Part shown: piece by piece, positions 52,580 through 64,000 of the stretch
How positions within the stretch are numbered: position 1 is the stretch's first letter
How the letters are laid out: each line of letters starts with the position of its first letter
NCBI RefSeq assembly: GCF_963853765.1
Contig: NC_088857.1
Coordinates: forward strand, 54,064,001 to 54,128,000
Length of the DNA: 64,000 nucleotides
Reading direction: 5' to 3'
DNA from: Magallana gigas
Taxonomy: Eukaryota
The notes under the pieces: generated by a model
What the model saw: the letters and a program-made list of their open reading frames with translations, nothing else
Told to the model about the DNA's origin: nothing
Databases searched by the model: none
Translations under genes and position numbers: made by a program

Positions 52580-53144
52580 ATGAATTACGGAGTTATTTTG
52601 ATTGTCTTGACTTTAGTGTCCACAAATTTAGTACATGGTAAGTAAACGAGGTTTTTTTGGAACATGTGTTATTGTTTTATTCATTTGATCAATATTCTTC
52701 GTTACAGCAGCAACATTACATTGTTGTTTTTCACATTTAAAAAAAAAAGTTATTGGTTTTTTTAAAAATTCGAAAAATGCTACTCTTATTTGCACAAAAA
52801 CCTTCTTTTAAACTATATGAAAAGCGTAAATTTATGATTCAGTCAATCAAATTCTGATCCTTTACGCGGTGACATTTCTAGGTCAGAGTTACCGACCCAA
52901 TGGTTACGCTGGGAGTAACTACGCCGGGGGCAGACCCAGTGGGCGCTACACTCAGGGCGGCAGGTGCCCGGCCCAGGCCTGCACCCTCCAACTGATCCCC
53001 CCGGAGTGTCGCCAGAGGCAGTTCTTTGCTTATAACGGCAGGATGTGTCCCGGATGTGACGTCGATATCTGTACCGGAGTCAACACCGGAGTGGGCGCCC
53101 AATTCAACAACTTTCCCTCAAACTCTCTACCGCTCGGATTCTAA
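52580..53144 (+). CDS. Divergent secreted paralogue with the same 6-Cys domain (106 aa)
   Basis: Exon 1 at 52580-52637 (MNYGVILIVLTLVSTNLVH, phase-1 GTAAGT donor). Exon 2 at 52882-53144 encodes GQSYRPNGYAGSNYAGGRPSGRYTQGGR-CPAQACTLQLIPPECRQRQFFAYNGRMCPGCDVDIC-TG... Confidence 0.82.
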
Positions 53145-53517
53145 ATCACTGCCTGCTTTGCATTGCTATGACTAAACCACAGAATTCGTCAATTTCGAAT
53201 CGTAATTGTAAATTTTTAGATTTCAAAAAAATACGTCTGAGTATTTAATTTCTTGATTTTCGTGTATATGTAGTTCACGACAATATCTTTTAGCGGAAAT
53301 GAATAAACAGTTGACGGTCTATCTATTTTTCCTGTTTTCTTTTTAAAAGATAAAATCGTGATGATATTCCATTTAGAGTGTATTTGGTTGTGTGTTTACG
53401 TGTGTATGTGTATCGACACATACATTATCTACACTTTGTCCAGCACACCGATAAGAACTAGGGACAACCAGTGCTCTGTTAGTCCTCACACACACCGACG
53501 TATCCCGAGCAAGAAAA

Positions 53518-54479
53518 ATGAAGACAATCTGGATTCTGGCTATTTGTTTTGCCACAGGTAATATAACTAATGTCTGATAATCAACAAAATACTTCCGTTT
53601 TTTAATTCAAATTTCCTAAGATCGGAATGATTTCAAAGCCTACAAATCAAATAAATTTATAGTAATTCGGTATTATGCGGCCTGTTGTTTTTATTGCAGT
53701 ATTATGCCGCTATCATTTAGTCTACAGTTTACCCTACAAAGATTTAATTTAATGTTAAATTATGATAATTATGTTACAGAAACTGTAGATCTACAGTAAA
53801 TTTAGAGTATAGATGACGGTCAGCTGAATAGTTTTTAAGTTTTTAACTTGAATATCTGCCCCTGCCCCCCCCCCCTCCCCCCAATGTAATTACGTACAGT
53901 GATATTCTGTAATTACGTACAGTGATATTTTGTAATTACGTATAGTGATATTTTGTAATTACGTACAGTAATATTTTGTAATTACGTACAGTAATATTTG
54001 ATGTTTAGTCTGATTCGTTACAGTGTACAGTGAATCGTGTCAGCATGACGATGATTGTCAACTGGTTCACTGCTCAACTGGTTCCGTCAACTGTATCCAC
54101 CATATATGTACCTGTACCGAAAATACCGGACAAAGTAAGACATTTGACAAATCATTCCAAAGCTGAGGTATATTGCTTATGATTCAACTTATTTAAAAGA
54201 CATTTAATGTGTTATTTTAAATTATAGCAAAAGTTGGCATGACGTCTTTTAGTTAGTGCTTTATCGGTATAAAAAAGAATGTTGATCAGACCCCATATTT
54301 TTTGGTCCAATTAAAGACATTCGTATTTCACAATTCCGAGACTGGTTGTTTGTTGCTTTTTCAGTATGTTGAATTTTTTGTATTTTTCAGCGTGTACTGG
54401 GAAGGACGACTGCAGCTTCCACTGTTTCCACGGTAAACCTCATTGCGTGGACGGTCTCTGTCACTGCTACGGAGATTAG
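53518..54479 (+). CDS. cvSI-2-like: Serine protease inhibitor of the oyster cvSI (MEROPS I84) type, 79 aa, 12 Cys
   Basis: Exons 53518-53557, 54024-54134 and 54391-54479, with phase-1 introns. Product MKTIWILAICFATVYSESCQHDDDCQLVHCSTGSVNCIHHICTCTENTGQTCTGKDDCSFHCFHGKPHCVDGLCHCYGD has two 6-Cys repeats with the CVDGxCxC motif. Confidence 0.82.
53885..53999. repeat. 23-bp minisatellite, 5 copies, intronic
   Basis: TGTAATTACGTACAGT(G/A)ATATT(T/C) x5. Confidence 0.93.
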
Positions 54480-54628
54480 AGGCAGCATCACAACTGATAA
54501 AATCCTATAGTTGATCACAATCACATTAAATCAAAGAAATTTGTTCATTAAATGTGTCCTCCTTTTACCGTTAAGAAAGGTCTAGAGGCTAAATCTGGCC
54601 GAAACTAAAGGTTACGTTGATAGATATG

Positions 54629-54694
<66 letters not shown>
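54629..54694. repeat. (CT)n microsatellite
   Basis: CT run with one interruption. Confidence 0.95.
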
Positions 54695-54697
<3 letters not shown>

Positions 54698-55641
54698 CAA
54701 AAAACCAGCGTTATGGCACTTCGGTGAAACTTAAAGATTCAAGATTAATTTTAAAGGTCAATATTTATTGATTAACTACGCAAAGGATTCTCGACATAAT
54801 ACGTATGTTTTGGACTTATGTTCTTTTGTTTTTATTTTGTAAACATGTTTCTAAAGCCGTTAATCTCATAGTTAATAGATGATACAACATGTGCACAACA
54901 TATTTTTGACGAGAAGCAATATATCCGGCTTTTAAAAAGGCTCACAAAGTTAATTTTTCTATGTCTTCTTTATCAAAATTTGTCAGAAATTGATTGTCAG
55001 CAGTGATTTTTATCATATTGGAGCTACCACGAATCTGTTTCATACAAATAAAGAACATTCCAGAGAGCCCAGTCCGCCATGATTAATGTCGCAGTGATCT
55101 CGTCATTTGTTTTACCGTCATCTTCTATAACGTTCCCATTAATTAACAAGCAGATAGACCTAACAAAACATACGTATTCAGGTAAAATCCTACCCATACT
55201 AGTGTAGCAAAAACCATATTTATCAATACGGATATGAATTAGAAACGGTTTGTATGAACAAAAACAATATTACATATTTCACTCAGGAGGCACAACAGTA
55301 TGTAAACATCATATTTATTGGATGGATTTCTCATGTTTTACAATCTTATATTTAAACTTTATGAGTCGATTTATATGACTCAGACCTTGTAAAAAAAAAC
55401 TTGTTATACAATGAGGGCGCAGACTCAAATCTCACTAAACTCCTTAAAAAAATCAGTTTTCCCTAACTCAAAAATCCATTACATCAGCAATACAATCCTG
55501 CCCTAGTTTTATCTTCCCTCAGAGCAAATATGTGGTGGATGGGTAGGGTAATTGAGAGTAACCAACGGGTTTTCCAAGAGGTATGGTCAAATTTCAAAAT
55601 CACAGTCATCTAGACGCCAAGCTAGATGAAAAATAAACTTC

Positions 55642-58600
55642 TTAGTACCCAAAAAAAACTACAGAAACCGTTATAATAAATAATAGTGCGATATGCTGGG
55701 CAGTGATCATTTCTCCTCCACTGGATTTATCACGTGATGCACCATTGTCTATGGAGCCACCAATCCCTGTGGGCGTGTCCCCAGAGTTACCGGAATCTCC
55801 AGTACTTGGTCTTTGTACAGAAACCTGCGCAGTAGACGTCTGAAACAACTCACGGCCTTTGGAGTCAAAAATAAATCTGGAGGTAGATTTGGTGTCCATG
55901 GATACGCTAGCGGTAGTTTGGGTATGTTTAACACTGGCCCGGGTTATTCCAAGGTCTGTGAAAATGAAACCGGGGGTTGTAAGGGCTGTTGGTGTGCTAG
56001 GAATTTCTGTTACCTCCGATATAATGTCACCCCTTCTACTTTCGTTACGTTGATATATTTTCAGCTTGTTTCCTTCATTTACCAAATTTTGAATTGTGGT
56101 CATCCATTCTTGGTCCAAGGACTGCGGGGTCAGTGCATCGTCTGTCGTAGTCTCGTTTTTATCTCGTGATCGGAGGAATGCAATACATTTCCCGCCAAAT
56201 ATTAAGTTATACGCGCCAATGTAGTCCCTGAGGTATGCCCTGCATGAAGAGACCTTTTCTCTAAAGCAAGTAGCCGTGGCGGCTGAAATCCTGTGAATAA
56301 AATCAAAATAGAAAAGTAGACATAACATTTTGATGCATAAATATCTGTGTATACATTTATTTGAGCACAGTGTATTTAAATCAAATACGAACACATTAAT
56401 GGGATATTTTACGACATACTGGTATATGTATTTGTTGATTCAAGAACACGCATCACTACTTGTATATGAATTCTATCGAGCCAGAGGAGTTTGACACTTA
56501 CAGACACGATGCCTTCTGGGCGAGGTCCACCATGGACATGTTGGTGAGGTAAATTTTCATCAGGGCCTTCTTGATCGGCTTGGTCAGAGAATCCACACAC
56601 CTCAGGGCCCGCAACTCCTGGGCCTTCCTCATGCATCGCAACTTCCTCCCAAACTCTGAAAATGGGTAGCACGGTCAAAACAATGTAACACTAAACGAAT
56701 CCAAATTGTTTTTTAACATTTTGATCAGGCGTGGCACTTACTGCTAAGTTTCTGGCATATAGTAGAGGACGTGTGATTTGCTATGGAGGAATTGAAAATC
56801 AGAGAGAAGAACCAGTCAGAGGGGCTCCGAAGAGGATTCGATTTGGCGGAACTCTCAGCACAGGGCAGCACGGCTTCATAGACACTGAAAGCATAAGGGT
56901 CACAGTTCATAAATGTATTAGTTTATTATTTCTGTCAAAGGTTTATTATTAAGTAAACGGTTCTCTGAAAAAAAATATCTGCGCGAATTCATGAATGAAT
57001 TCATTAATTGTTGGTTTGCATCTCTTCGTAGACGTTTTGCTTTAAATTCTTGAAGGAATCCATGGAAACTACAATGTTCAGATATGAAAAAAAAAACGTT
57101 GTTGTTATTGATATAAAGACTTTCTTTTTTTTTCTTTTTTTTGAAGAGTTGCAGATAATTTTAATGAGAGGATTCGGACTCCTGACGATGTGAGTACCCT
57201 GCCTACCTGCACCACCTGTGGACTGCACTGGCGAAGTCGCTGTTGTAGTGGGCGGGTGAGTCTGTGACGTTGTAATAGCCCGCGTGGACCAGACAGTCCC
57301 TCAGGTTGGGGTTTGGGGAGGAGGGTGTGGACCCCGGCATCAGCACTGACCCCACAGGGACGGTAGAACGACCCCCGGCCAACAGCAAGAGGACGACTGA
57401 AACCAAGATGTGTAAAGGTTCTATTTGGTAAGCATCGACTGCGTTTCATTTCTAAGAGGGTACAACGAACTTAATTGCATAACACCTCTCGTGCTGAACT
57501 TCTAAATTTAATAGAAAAAATATTTTCTTAAAAACTGAAATATAGATTTGTTCTAGCATGTGAACATTATTGGACATAAAGCGGACGTGTTTAAAATTCT
57601 TTTTTACTATTACTGCGTATTTCTGTCAAATTGATTCACGTGTATTGCACAAGGAGATGTGTTATGTCAATTTGTACATTTTAGCTATTTTACGCTTCAA
57701 ATTTTTGTTTTGTTCTTTCTGTAGTATGGATGTCACAAATGGAGATTATTTGTCGCCTGTCATCCGTACGCTCATTCGCTAATCGTTCATTAACCCAGTG
57801 TCATGTGGCGTGTTTTATTAATTAACAACCGGGGACAACCATGTTTACAGAACATTTATAATTTATTGTAATCTTTATTACTTCAGCCATAAAACATTCG
57901 TAAAATTGTACACTTCAAACACACGGTGTTGAACTGTAGTAATGACTTCACTCAAATGTTTTCTTCAGATCTTTCCAGAAAATTGTCTAAAATTTATAAA
58001 GCACATATAAAAGAAATAAAACAATACCGGATTCAATTAATAATAGATTTTAGCTTTAGAGCTGTAATATGTAGAAGTTTAAATAACAAAGAATAAAAAA
58101 AACCTCTGTCTGTAACTCATTTTTGATCCATTATTTATAACTTTCTTTTATATGTCTTTATTTGAAAAAATGTGAAGTCCAAATTCGTCCTTAATCCTTT
58201 ATAGATATCACAGTATATATGAATGATTTTTCAAAATTACTCATGAATGAGCCTTATAACGCTCATAGACTTCTTACGCATCTACAAAGTAAGAGCAAAA
58301 AGAGAAGCCCTCTAGTCACTTGTCATAATTGACCTTGAATCAAAGATGATGGACCGGGATGAGTGATGGAGACCCCCAGGAAGGTGGTCAGTCACGGACA
58401 ACGCTACTCATAGCTTTATTAACCATTGTATGAAAAGATTACATAAAAAGAAATGTGTTCTTTAAGATTAGGATTTTCACGAATATTGTTAAATCTCAGA
58501 TGAAAAGAGGATTATTTTAGGAATAAGAATAAAAAAAAATATGTAATTAAATATTGGAATAATGAAGCCTTCCGTTATGATTTTAAAAAAAACAACAATA

Positions 58601-58833
58601 AAAATATATCACAGAACAAAATATTAAAATCTTAACAATGGCTCATCTAGTGCACGTGCATTACGAACAAAAGTAACGGGAGAGAAATGACAAGTCTTAC
58701 CTGTAATTAAGTTGTGCATTTTATGATCCAGTAGTTTACTCTGTGACGGACCGCCAGGTGTCGCTGTGTGTGTCAGTGACGCCGGGGTCCCGGGTCCTGT
58801 CACCCCTCCCGCCCCTCCTCCATCTTGCTCCAT
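55642..58833 (-). CDS. Membrane- or GPI-anchored protein with Cys-rich helical domain (DUF19-like pattern) and Ser/Thr stalk, ~436 aa
   Basis: Exons 58701-58833, 57207-57438, 56742-56884, 56502-56655 and 55642-56290 splice in frame. Features: hydrophobic LHILVSVVLLLLAGG, repeated C-x7/8-C pattern (WCSVYEAVLPC, SCLISAATATC), a Thr/Ser-rich stalk and a terminal HIALLFIITVSVVFFGY. The start codon is uncertain. Confidence 0.7.
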
Positions 58834-60696
58834 CACATCCGCTCACCTTTCTATGGGTCACGTGCTATCTTTGACATTGTAAATTTTTTTTTTCCTTTTT
58901 TATATCAATTACTTTGAAAACTTTCAATACTCTCTAATGTAATATACAAGGATTTTGTTTGTCAAATTTTAGAGAACATTTATCTTATATGTGTAATTCA
59001 AAATAATGATTTCGAAGTGGATTTCATCTTTAAAATTTCATTTTTTGCAGAAATGCAAGCAATTTTTATAACATGAAGGAATCAATAGCTGTCTGAAGTA
59101 AAAAAAAAAAAAAATAAACAAACTTATAAAATGTTAGCGTTTTAATGATTACAAATCTGATGTAGGTCTGTTACTAACTGATCGGTTGTTAAAGAAGTCT
59201 ATAGATGTCAAGGCGAATATAAATCTAAATAAACGTTGCTTTCTTTGATATGCTGAGTCCATAAATTATCGTGGAGGACCGATTTTAATTAGATTGGAGG
59301 AAAATAATTGCCAATTATTTTCTTACTTTCAAACAATCGTATTGTCTGTATATAAATACATAGATAATAAAGAAAATTAACACAAAAACAAAAAATAGGT
59401 TTCCTGCTTACATTTATAGCCAATAAAAATATAGCTTGCAATCCTTTCGACTAACAAAAAGCAATATTCTCTGGGCTCTTCTAGAGAGACACGAACCGAT
59501 TTATGGTCCGACGTAAAACGTTTGTTTGCCGAGAATCAATTGGAAATAAAGTATTTCCATGAAATTTACAAAGGACTGGACAAATCATATAATATTAGCA
59601 CACACATGCAAAATGACAAGTGTAAACATTTGCTAAGAAAAGATAACACCTTTTTTCGTAATTCTGAGCATGCGTATTGGTTTCCAAGAAGCCAACGTAG
59701 GTCTTTAGAAGCTCGATAAAAAAAACCAGCTTGAATTTTCACCATGATAGAGTGAAATATGTTATTTTTTAGATATGTTTTTTGTTTTAAATACCTCGTG
59801 CGGTTTCTGTTAGTTGTTAATATAAATAGAGTTTCGCTATGAATGTACCCTCAATCGGGGTTGTCTTTTTAAGGAAACGAACGATAGGACACTTCCACAT
59901 AGTGACACATGTGATGTAATATTCACCCTTCGTCTTTTATCTTCTAGGGGTATTTTCAAAACCTTGTTGTTTTACAGGAAGCTTCAATCGGTTAATTAGG
60001 TTCAGATGTATAATGATCTGTTGACATGTTGGGATTTTACAACTCCTCCCTTTAAGATAATATTGTTATCAAATACTGTAGATCTAAATTCTTGAAATAT
60101 TTGAAACGGTGGTTTTACTTTGAATATGATTTACCTTTACTTCTGTTAACTATTTTACTTCATATTTACCATCCGAAACGGGGTTTGTTTCACTCTGTGT
60201 ATTTCTCGTACCGTATACACTTACTTGGTAACTTTCACTGTTCACGAAGAACTGTTGAGACTGATAAAAGAAAAAAAAGTTTAAGATGTTTACATGTGTT
60301 ACCCGGACACTTCGTAACACCTTTAGACAAGTTGAATCAATTCCTGATTACCTTCATATCGTTTGCAATGCGCATAAACTTTATCTCTGTCTTATGATCG
60401 GAAGGATAAGAGTTTTTGCAAAGAAGTAGTCGTTGGCTTTGCCTCAGTATCGATTTCAATTGTATTTTATCTATAAAGAAAATTGCGTTAAATTAAATCC
60501 TTAGAAATATTGTTGATATATAACTAAAACATTAAAAGCTTGCAGTTCAGTGGTAAATTTTATTTACTTAACAGTTTTTACAGGTATCCAAGTTGTTCTG
60601 AGAAAAACTGAGTTAAGATTATCATTGAGAGATCTAACTTCGTACTTCCAGAGATTTGGGTACCCTGTAATGTAATGTTTATTACCATCGACTATA

Positions 60697-62359
60697 GATG
60701 GGGTCAATTACATTCGAAAGTAATTGATTAAACTACAATTACTTGTTTAAAATCCTCAATTAAAACTACCATTATCATTACAGTTCAGTTTAGTTTATTC
60801 GTTCTAACTAAATACAAGTGGAACATATACAAGTAGAATACACAAAATTACAAATCGTCAGAGGTATTCATACAGGTACATTTTCAAACAGGAAAAAGAT
60901 ATGAATAAAAAAGGACAGATTACAGAATCAATACTGATGTAAGACTGTGGTATAAAGGATCAAAATAGGAAAACAACGAAGGGGAACAGACAGCATCGAA
61001 AATATTTCAAAATGAATACACAACATTTTCTTAGAGATTTAGAGTTACATTTAATCATGAGTTCAGAGAACTTTTTAAAAAAATTGGTCTTTTCCAGTAT
61101 TTTGTGCATGGATATTTTTTCCTTATTTCTTCTAGGCCCAAACAGTCAAAAATATAGTGAAATTCATCGGCAATGAGACCTTTATTACACAATAAACATA
61201 ATCTCTCATTTACAGGAGTGTAATACCATCTGCCTTTCCTTACAGGGAGACGATGGTTTGATGTACGAAATTTAATTTTTAATCTTCTTTCTTAGTTTTA
61301 CAGGTAAAATATCGAGATACTTCTCAAAGCCAAAATTTTATACACATGAACTTTGGAATAACAATTATATATCATTGGACCATATTTGACCAAATTTGTC
61401 TTTTAATCTTTGATTTACAGTAGCAGTTAACCATTTTAAATTGACAAAATTATGGTTCTGCCAGACATATTGTAGCCCGCCCATGTTCAAAATTCTTTGA
61501 ATACAATCTATCCGTGGACTTTTACAGTTGTGAAAATTAATATATGTACACTGTATATACAATTTTGTTTAGAAGGATTTAAAAGGATTTTCAAATGTAA
61601 CTAATTAGATTACAATTAATTTGCAATTGTAATTAATTGAATTACACATAAAATTAGATAAAAATACATTTTTTGCATTAAAGCAGATATGAAATGTACA
61701 AACTAAACATTAATCTCCTCTTTCCTCTTTATAAATTGGGAAAATACAGATAAGGTGAATCTGGGGTGGAGAGCAGACTTGCATTTGAAAGCATGACTTA
61801 ATAGTTTGTACAGTTCAAATAACATTTATTTTATTTGTAAAAAAAAAAAATTGAAGTCAATAAATATTTGGAAATATTAATTTCCCCAATAAGATATTTA
61901 AATTTTTGAATAAAAGAGATTGAGCATACCATCAAAATTATTTGTCCCTAACAAATTCATAAATAAAAGAGACATTGATATTCATATTTGATTAATTAGG
62001 AACTTCATGATTAGATAATATGTAAGTGAAAAAGTTTATATCATAGAACTACACGTATGTTTGGTAAAAGTGCATTTAAGTCCTCTTCCTAATTTGATCT
62101 TGTATTGTTTTATACTTTTGTACTATTGGAAGTGTGGGGGACAATTGACAGTGGACAGCTTCGTTATACATATTTAAATGTAAAATCATCACTGTGTAAT
62201 TGAAAGTAATTTGAATTACATACCTTCTTTGAAAAAAATCATTAAATTACCATTATATGTAATCAAAAAAGGGTCAATTACACATTAATTTTAATTACAC
62301 AAAAATTTATAATTAATTACACTGAATTATCATAAAAAATTACCATTACCCCATCCCTG
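60697..62359. mobile_element. Old DNA-element remnant with AATTAC-rich subterminal repeats, interrupted by a LINE fragment
   Basis: Left GATGGGGTCAATTAC and right end reverse-complementing to CAGGGATGGGGTAATGGTAATT; many AATTAC/GTAATT motifs near both ends; no TSD seen. Confidence 0.4.
60781..61560 (-). mobile_element. 5'-truncated, decayed non-LTR retrotransposon (3' end of ORF2)
   Basis: Minus strand gives ILNMGGLQYVWQN...VNQRLKDKFGQIWSNDI*, NFGFEKYL and FRTSNHRLPVRKGRWYYTPVNERLCLLCNKGLIADEFHYIFDC (a CCHC-type ORF2 C-terminus). It ends in AATAAACTAAACTGAACTG. Confidence 0.8.
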
Positions 62360-63111
62360 CCATCGCCCCTACTCGATAACACAGGTGAGAACATATTTTT
62401 GTGCATACTATTTATTATCAACTCGTAACTTTCAACAAAAATTTTCAACTAATAAAAAAAATCTGAATTCACAGTTTGTCCCTCTACTTGATATTTAGTC
62501 TTTTGTAAATTTGCATTCATATGTTTTGAAAAATTTCTTATACGCGTTTTTTTTCTGATTTCTAAACTTTTGCTTTCTTGGAACACCCACCACTCCTGTT
62601 TGGAGAGCTGTATTGGGTTGACATTGATTAATCTGTTTATCCGTGTGGCTGTCAGTGGGGATAGGACGACAGTCTCTGTCACAGGCCCTCCATGTCTGGT
62701 GTACCTACCGCTGACAGTACCGCCATTTGTTTCTTACTGCGGTGTTACCCACTTGATTTATCGTTTCTGCACAATGACGAGATATTAATCTTACCTTCAA
62801 CACTTTTATCTCGGGTACCTGTGGTTCGTGCACTTTAAACATTGCATCTCAAATAAATCAAACACTTGCACGTCTTCTTATCTGGCTATGGGCTAAAGTA
62901 CTTATGTATCGCAGAAGAAAAACATTTTTGAGTAACAATCTTTTTGTAAAAAAATGGATATATTTGTTCAACTCTGCAGGATTCTTTGAAAAAGAAGTAA
63001 TATAAACGCTTGATAAGACCTTGTAAATCATGCATAGGTGTGACCGTTCTTTGCTTATAAAAGACACTGAAATTTAATTCAGAGATACAACGATAAAAAG
63101 TGCACTAGAGA

Positions 63112-63938
63112 ATGCCGACATTCGCTTTATTTTTGTTGGGATGTTGTGTTCTCTCAGTGAGAAGTTTCCTGCCTTCCAAAGAGAGCACTGATGGAAGACA
63201 AGATCACACACATGCCAGCATCACACAGGCCGCCATTTATCACGCTACTTCTGACGTCATCGCCAACGTCATTAGTCCAGGAAAATACAACGCGTCAGAT
63301 CCCGATACGACAATTACAACGTACTTCGGTAATGTACAAATTCTCCGTATGGTGTTAAGGTTTTTTTTAACTTGTTAATTCGATTTTTATGTTTAAGCGC
63401 ATTTGAATGTCTTTGAATGAAAAAAAAATTCTTATTCAAAAGATCACGACGCACTCATACATTTCGCTCAGACGATAATAGATATCGTGAACAAAAACAA
63501 CTTGGCTCAGAGAACTTATAGAGATGACGCCTCCAGAACAATGAACTGTGAACAAATTGTACCAGGTAAATTGGATTTTGGTCTTCAATTTTCAACAAGC
63601 AGAACCCTAGTGTAGAAATCCCCATATAGCTAATTTCTAAAAAAAAAAAATCTCATGATTATACTTATAAAATGTACATAAAATTTGATAAATATCAGAC
63701 CAAGCATCTTTAACTTTTTTATAACTAGTATTCAAATGTAATATTATTATCCATTTCTTTTAAGGACATCTGCTTCTTCAGACCCTTAGGGATAAGATAA
63801 TCCACCAATCACAAACCGCCAACCCGAACTGGGACGCTGTGAGAGATCTGATTGGACAATATCTCTTCACATTGCAAGAGTTTTACAGCAACACAAACTG
63901 GGTGGAGATGTTTGGAGACCGCGTGTGTCGAGAGCTAG
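63112..63938 (+). CDS. VWA7: von Willebrand factor A domain-containing protein 7-like, first three exons (3'-partial)
   Basis: Exons 63112-63328, 63443-63565 and 63765-63938 are in frame. Signal peptide then FLPS...DHTHASITQAAI, and GQYLFTLQEFYSNTNWVEM matching the VWA7/HET-C-like GxxLHxLQDFYSHSNWVE block. Confidence 0.8.
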
Positions 63939-64000
63939 GTCAGTTATAACTACGCTGTTATCTAAGTTGACGTCCTGTTGCACGGTAGAACGATATAGAT

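Noticed and set aside
62449-62788. GC-richer patch with ORFs on both strands upstream of VWA7
   Set aside because: No recognisable motif or splice-supported exon; cannot distinguish it from a decayed repeat.

Overview
AT-rich metazoan genomic DNA with GT-AG introns, most likely an oyster or other bivalve. This is inferred from a cvSI-type protease inhibitor, an LPW-type Hv channel and oyster-like non-autonomous transposons. In order, the window contains: (1) a + strand voltage-gated proton channel gene of the molluscan LPW (Hv3-like) type. I can assemble 7 exons (8082-17457; N-terminal exon not found). It has a large S1-S2 loop, a ~600-aa tail, and an S4 reading LPWGVIR with only one gating Arg. 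(2) A ~33 kb cluster of secreted Gly/Lys/Arg/Phe-rich proteins with a 6-Cys domain I cannot assign to a named family. It comprises four near-identical genes in a 5.7-8.2 kb tandem segmental repeat, a copy that lost the Cys domain in frame, a long-tailed copy, a head-to-head divergent paralogue and several pseudogene relics, with conserved promoter blocks. (3) A 12-Cys cvSI/I84-type serine protease inhibitor. (4) A 5-exon Cys-domain plus Ser/Thr-stalk membrane or GPI protein. (5) The 5' exons of a VWA7-like gene with degenerate His motifs. MITEs, a foldback element, a Kolobok-like insertion, HINE-like elements, a LINE relic and mini/microsatellites are interspersed. All gene models were spliced by eye, without database searches.
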